DNA of 40,311 bases from an uncultured Butyricicoccus sp. (GTDB lineage: Bacteria > Bacillota > Clostridia > Oscillospirales > Butyricicoccaceae). Position numbers and translations under genes: made by a program. Positions 37,217 to 40,311 of this stretch are shown here, piece by piece (position 1 is the stretch's first letter; each line of letters begins with the position of its first letter). The DNA is taken from the NCBI GenBank assembly GCA_947575935.1, contig CANPPM010000001.1, forward strand, positions 1-40,311, read 5' to 3'. Below the pieces are notes generated by a model, which made no database searches, was not told the DNA's origin, and saw only the letters and a program-made list of their open reading frames with translations.

Positions 37217-38977
37217 ATGGATTTATCAAACATTATTTCACTCCTCAGCGGGACAGCCCTGTTTCTGTTCGGCATGTCCCTTATGGGCGATGGACTGAAA
37301 AAGGTTGCCGGAAACCGGCTGGAGGTGTTGCTGTATAAGCTGACCAATACTTCTTGGAAGGGCATCCTATTGGGGACTGGCGTTACCGCCGTGATCCAGT
37401 CTTCTTCCGCCACTTCGGCGATGGTGGTCGGTTTTGTCAACTCGGGTATGATGAAATTCCGGCAGTCAATCGGTATTATCCTGGGTTCGATTATTGGCAC
37501 CAGTATCACGGGCTGGGTAATCTGCCTGTCTAGCCTGGGCGGCGGGGGCGGCGGCTGGATCAAGCTGCTTTCTACTGCGACGCTGACCGGTGTGATTTCG
37601 ATCATTGGCATTATCCTGCGGATGTTCAGCAAGCGGCAGGCGCTCATCCATACAGGTGATATTATGCTTGGATTTTCGGTACTGATGTTCGGCATGAGCT
37701 CGATGAGCGGTTCGGTCGCACCGCTGACCGAGAGCCCGGCGTTTGTGCGGGTGCTGACCGTTTTTTCCAACCCTCTGCTTGGCATTGCGGCGGGCGCGCT
37801 GTTTACCTGCATCCTGCAGAGCGCGTCGGCGACTGTGGGCATTCTGCAGGCCCTGGCCATTACGGGTGCGATCGATTTTTCGACGGCGTTTCCGCTGATT
37901 ATGGGGATTGCGGTCGGCTCGGCCGTGCCGGTGCTGCTGTCCGCGCTGGGCGCGAATGCCGACGGCAAACGCACCTCGGTCGTTTACCTGCTGACCAATA
38001 TCTTTGGCATGGCGCTTTGTGGGACCGTCTTTTATGCCGCCCATGCGGTCTGCCATTTTCCGTTTATGGGCGTGGTCATGACGACGGTTAGTATTGCGCT
38101 GCTCAACACGGTGTTTCGTTTGGTGACGGTATTGTTGCTGTATCCGCTGATTCCGGTGCTGGAACGGGTGACCTGCCGGCTGATCCGGGAGCAGGTGGGC
38201 GGCGCCAGGGCAAAGCCCGGCGAGCCGCGTCCTGAGGATCGCTTTCTTCCGTATCCACCGCTGGCCATTGCGCAGTGCCGTGAGTTTATCATTGCCATGG
38301 CGGTGGGGGCGCGCAAGAGCCTGACTGATGCGCTGGCATTGACCCATACGTTTACCACGGAAGGATTCCAGCAGGTGGCCGCGCTTGAGGAGCAGTCCGA
38401 CCGTTATGAGGATACCATTGGTACATATTTAATGAAAATCACCTTGCGTGAGCTGGACGCCCGGCAAAATGCCGAGGTTTCCGAATTCCTGCATACGCTG
38501 CCCGATTTTGAACGGATTTCCGACCATGCGCTCAACATCGCTGAGACGGCGCAGGAGATCCATGACAAGGGGATCATTTACTCGGCGGATGCGCAGCACG
38601 AGCTGCAGATCATGCAGGATGCGGTGGAAGAGATTGTCACGCTGACCGTGGACGCGTTCTCCAAGAACGATCTGCAGCTTGCCGCTAAGGTCGAGCCGCT
38701 GGAGGAAGTCATTGACGAGCTGTGCAATCAGCTGAAGCAGAATCACGTTAACCGCCTGCAGCACGGCATGTGCTCGCTGGAACATGGCTTCCCGTTTAAC
38801 AATCTGTTGGTTGATTATGAGCGGGTTTCGGATCATTGTTCTAATATCGCGCTCGCACTGCTCGAGCTGGAAACCGATGCGTTCAACACCCATGAGCATT
38901 TGAAAAACCTGGAGGCCGAAAAGCATGCCTCCTTCCTGCGTAATCTGGAGGGCTACCAGCAGAAATACGCATTGTAA
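37217..38977 (+). CDS. Na+/Pi cotransporter (NptA/YjbB family) with C-terminal PhoU-like domains
   Basis: Two QSSS-type repeats (VIQSSSAT, ILQSASAT), GSIIGTSIT; PhoU-like DFERISDHALNI and DYERVSDHCSNI. Confidence 0.92.
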   Translation: MDLSNIISLLSGTALFLFGMSLMGDGLKKVAGNRLEVLLYKLTNTSWKGILLGTGVTAVIQSSSATSAMVVGFVNSGMMKFRQSIGIILGSIIGTSITGWVICLSSLGGGGGGWIKLLSTATLTGVISIIGIILRMFSKRQALIHTGDIMLGFSVLMFGMSSMSGSVAPLTESPAFVRVLTVFSNPLLGIAAGALFTCILQSASATVGILQALAITGAIDFSTAFPLIMGIAVGSAVPVLLSALGANADGKRTSVVYLLTNIFGMALCGTVFYAAHAVCHFPFMGVVMTTVSIALLNTVFRLVTVLLLYPLIPVLERVTCRLIREQVGGARAKPGEPRPEDRFLPYPPLAIAQCREFIIAMAVGARKSLTDALALTHTFTTEGFQQVAALEEQSDRYEDTIGTYLMKITLRELDARQNAEVSEFLHTLPDFERISDHALNIAETAQEIHDKGIIYSADAQHELQIMQDAVEEIVTLTVDAFSKNDLQLAAKVEPLEEVIDELCNQLKQNHVNRLQHGMCSLEHGFPFNNLLVDYERVSDHCSNIALALLELETDAFNTHEHLKNLEAEKHASFLRNLEGYQQKYAL

Positions 38978-39036
38978 CGTGCGTCGGCCCCTTCCGGCGC
39001 CGACGTGTGGGAAATATCTGCGAATGGGGGAAGCCT

Positions 39037-40257
39037 ATGATCAAGCGCCTGCGGATCAAATTTGTCTGCATCAACATGTCGATTGTGCTGCTGATGCTGT
39101 GCATGATATTGGGCACGGTGCTGCGTGTGAACCGGCTGGGCGCCGAGCGGGAGAGCCTGCATATGATGCAGACGGCTGCGTTCGCGCCGCACCGCGCGCA
39201 GCCGCCGGGGGAATCGCCGAATCCGGCTGCGCTGCTGCCGTGCTTTACGCTGCGGCCGGGGGCAGACGGGGAGCTTATTTCTGAGGGCGGGCATTTTTTC
39301 GACCTGTCTGACCGGGCGCTTTTGCGTACGTTGTATGCGCAGGCGTCTGCGGGGGCGGCGGTGGATATCCTGCCCCAGTACCGACTGCGCTATTTGCGGC
39401 TGGAGACGCCGGCAGGACCGTGTATCGTCTTTGCAGATATCTCGGGGGAGCTTTCAGCGCAGCGCAGGCTTTTGGTGGGCTGCCTGCTGGCTGGAGGGGG
39501 CAGTGCGGCGGCGTTCCTTCTGATCAGTATTGCGCTGTCCGGTTGGGCGGTCCGCCCTGTGGGCGCGGCTTGGCAGCAGCAGCGGCAGTTTGTGTCCGAT
39601 GCGTCGCACGAGCTGAAGACGCCGCTGACCGTTATTCTGACCAACGCCGAATTGTTGCAGGATGTGGCCGCGCCGCCTGCGCAGCGGGCGGAATTTGTAG
39701 AAAATATTCTGGTGATGTCACGGGAAATGCGCAGCCTGATTGAGTGTTTGCTTGAGCTTGCGCGGGCGGAGGGCGGTATGACCCGGCAGGCCGGCGTTCC
39801 GGTTGATTTGAGCCGTCTGACGGCACAGGCGCTGCTGCCCTTCGAGCCGGTTTATTTTGAGAAAGGGCTGACGCTGACGGGAACGCTGGCACAGGGCGTT
39901 ACCGTTTGCGGCAGCGCGCCGCATTTGCGGCATTTGCTGGAGATTCTGCTGGATAACGCGCAGAAGTATACGGCCCCGGCGGGAGACGTTACGGTTACGC
40001 TCAGAATGGCTGGGCGCAGACACTGCTTGTTGGCGGTGTCCAATCCGGGGCCGCCTCTTTCCCCTGCACAAAGGCGTGATATCTTCAAGCGCTTTTACCG
40101 GGTGGATGAGGCCCGCAGCCGGGATGGCAGTTACGGGCTCGGGCTCTCAATCGCCGAAGCGGTGGTACGGGGGCACCGGGGGCGCATCTGGGCGGAAAGC
40201 GAGGCAGGGAGGAACACGTTTTGCGTGCGGCTGCCGGTCGTGCGCGGCAGGAGATAA
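39037..40257 (+). CDS. Sensor histidine kinase
   Basis: MIKRLRIKFV TM, FVSDASHELKTPL, ILLDNAQKY, IFKRFYRVD, SYGLGLSIA. Confidence 0.93.
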   Translation: MIKRLRIKFVCINMSIVLLMLCMILGTVLRVNRLGAERESLHMMQTAAFAPHRAQPPGESPNPAALLPCFTLRPGADGELISEGGHFFDLSDRALLRTLYAQASAGAAVDILPQYRLRYLRLETPAGPCIVFADISGELSAQRRLLVGCLLAGGGSAAAFLLISIALSGWAVRPVGAAWQQQRQFVSDASHELKTPLTVILTNAELLQDVAAPPAQRAEFVENILVMSREMRSLIECLLELARAEGGMTRQAGVPVDLSRLTAQALLPFEPVYFEKGLTLTGTLAQGVTVCGSAPHLRHLLEILLDNAQKYTAPAGDVTVTLRMAGRRHCLLAVSNPGPPLSPAQRRDIFKRFYRVDEARSRDGSYGLGLSIAEAVVRGHRGRIWAESEAGRNTFCVRLPVVRGRR

Positions 40258-40311
40258 CGCACGCGTCGCATGAGCGGCGCGTTGTCCTGATGACCGGAGC
40301 CTCTTGCCGCA

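Overview
GC-rich chromosomal segment of a spore-forming Clostridia member. An Oscillospiraceae/Butyricicoccaceae-like lineage is inferred from gene content and order. Left part: a stand-alone sigG, a decayed cellulose-synthase locus, asparaginase, a FUSC-type exporter, a sugar O-acetyltransferase and eda/kdgK. Middle core block: murB-rapZ-whiA-dnaE-pfkA-SDR-recD2, then an Ile-type T-box controlling a four-subunit 2-oxoacid:ferredoxin oxidoreductase, a DUF134-NifX fusion with a palindromic operator on its promoter, and an NhaC-family transporter with a structured leader. Right accessory part: a two-component system plus FtsX-type ABC transporter sharing a CTTACA-N4-TGTAAG box, DUF1294-pyrC, and the most striking module. 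That module is a VTC-domain polyphosphate polymerase / DUF4956 membrane protein / doubly membrane-anchored CotH kinase operon. It is divergent from an OmpR-type regulator / Na+-Pi cotransporter / histidine kinase operon, and both promoters carry the same TTCAG direct repeats. No CRISPR array, rRNA, tRNA, IS or phage was recognised. All family assignments come from motif recognition by eye, not from database searches.
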